DNA of 64,000 bases from Felis catus (Eukaryota): contig NC_058368.1 in the NCBI RefSeq assembly GCF_018350175.1, forward strand, positions 150,662,001 to 150,726,000, written 5' to 3'. A program made the position numbers and the translations under genes. Shown piece by piece: positions 62,900 through 64,000 of the stretch. Positions within the stretch are counted from its first letter, which is position 1. Each line of letters begins with the position of its first letter. The notes under the pieces are model-generated. The model was not told where the DNA came from, searched no databases, and worked only from the letters and a program-made list of their open reading frames with translations.

Positions 62900-64000
62900 T
62901 ATTAATTTTAATTTTATTTTATTATTTTTTAAAATATAATTTATTGTCAAGTTGGCTAGCATACAGTCTATACACTGTGCTCTTGGCTTTGGGGGTAGAC
63001 TCCTGTGATTCATCGCTTCCATACAACACCCAGTGCTCATCCCAACAAGTGCCCTCCTCAATGCCCATCACCCATTTTCCACTGCCCTCCCCCCCCCCTG
63101 CACCAACAACCCTCAGTTTGTTCTCAGTTTTTAAGACACTCTTAAAGTTTGCCTCCCTCCCTCTCTGTTTGTAACTATTTTTTCCCCTTCTCTTCCCCCA
63201 TGGACTTCTGTTAAGTTTCTCAAGTGCCGCATATGAGTGAAAACATGATATCACTTATGATATGTTTTACTTATGACTTATTTCACTTAGCATAATACCC
63301 TCCAATTCCATCCATGTTGCTGTAAATGTCAGGATTTCATTCTTTCTCATTGCGAAGTAGTATTCCATTGTATATATAAATCATATCTTCTTTATCCATT
63401 CATCAGTTGATAGACATTCAGGCTTTTTCCATAATTTGGCTATTGTTGAAAGTGCTGCTATAAACATTGGGGTACAAGTGTCCCTATGAATCAACACTCC
63501 TGTATCTTTTGGATAAATTCCTAGTAGTGTTATTGCTGGGTCGTAGGGTAGTTCTATTTTTCATTTTTTGAGGAATCTCCATACTGTTTTCCAGAGCAGC
63601 TGCACCAGTTTGCATTCCCACCAACAGTGCAAGAGTTTTCCTGTTTCTCCACATCCTCACCAGCATCTGTTGTTGCCTGAGTTGTTAATGTTAGCCACTC
63701 TGACCAGTATGAGGTGGTATCTCATGGTGGTTTTGATTTGTATTTCCTGATGATGAGTGACATTGAGCATCTTTTCATGTGTCTGTTGGCCATCTGGATG
63801 TCTTTGGAAAAGTGTCTATTCATGTCTTCTGCCCATTTCTTCACTAGATTATTTGTTTTTGGGTGTTGAGTTTGGTAAGTTCTTCATAGATTTTGGATAC
63901 TAACCCTTTATCTGATTTGCCATTTGCAAATATCTTTTCCCATTCCATTGATTGCCTTTTAGTTTTGCTGATTGTTTCCTTTACAGTGCAGAACTTTTTG
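62900..64000 (-). mobile_element. Carnivore LINE-1 3' end with a different 3'UTR, running off the window
   Basis: Poly-T tail at ~62900; 3'UTR tcatcccaacaagtgccctcctcaatgcccatcaccca; ORF2 C-terminus homologous to 38820-39445. Confidence 0.93.

Noticed and set aside
1..64000. CRISPR arrays, operons or other prokaryotic systems
   Set aside because: The sequence is mammalian; there are no regularly spaced repeat-spacer arrays or dense ORFs.

Overview
Felid (cat-like) genomic DNA, identified by about 31 tRNA-derived CanSINE/SINEC copies and carnivore LINE-1s. It is AT-rich, repeat-dense and almost free of coding sequence. The only gene landmark is a CpG-island bidirectional promoter at about 8.9-9.75 kb. 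On the minus strand its first exon ends GGCGCC-ATG|gtgagt, so the only coding bases I can support are the start codon at 9223-9225. The layout fits TMEM161B, but no protein sequence is present to confirm this. On the plus strand three splice donors and one strong shared acceptor indicate a spliced divergent lncRNA (TMEM161B-DT-like). The most unusual structure is a pair of inverted LINE-1 copies: a 5'-truncated copy at 38389-40535 (-) and the 3' end of a full-length dead copy at 48708-56310 (+). The truncated copy has its own target-site duplication, yet the two share private disabling mutations and a 648-bp identical run. They remain about 13% divergent only beside heterologies (a SINE, a microsatellite, the ends). 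This mosaic indicates arm-to-arm gene conversion across a 13.4-kb spacer, with CpG excess suggesting GC-biased conversion. The window also holds a twin-primed (5'-inverted) ancient L1, a four-layer nested TE stack with a two-LTR MaLR provirus, and a long collinear CR1/L3 fossil. All counts and alignments were done by eye, and repeat subfamily names come from recalled consensus resemblance, not from a search.
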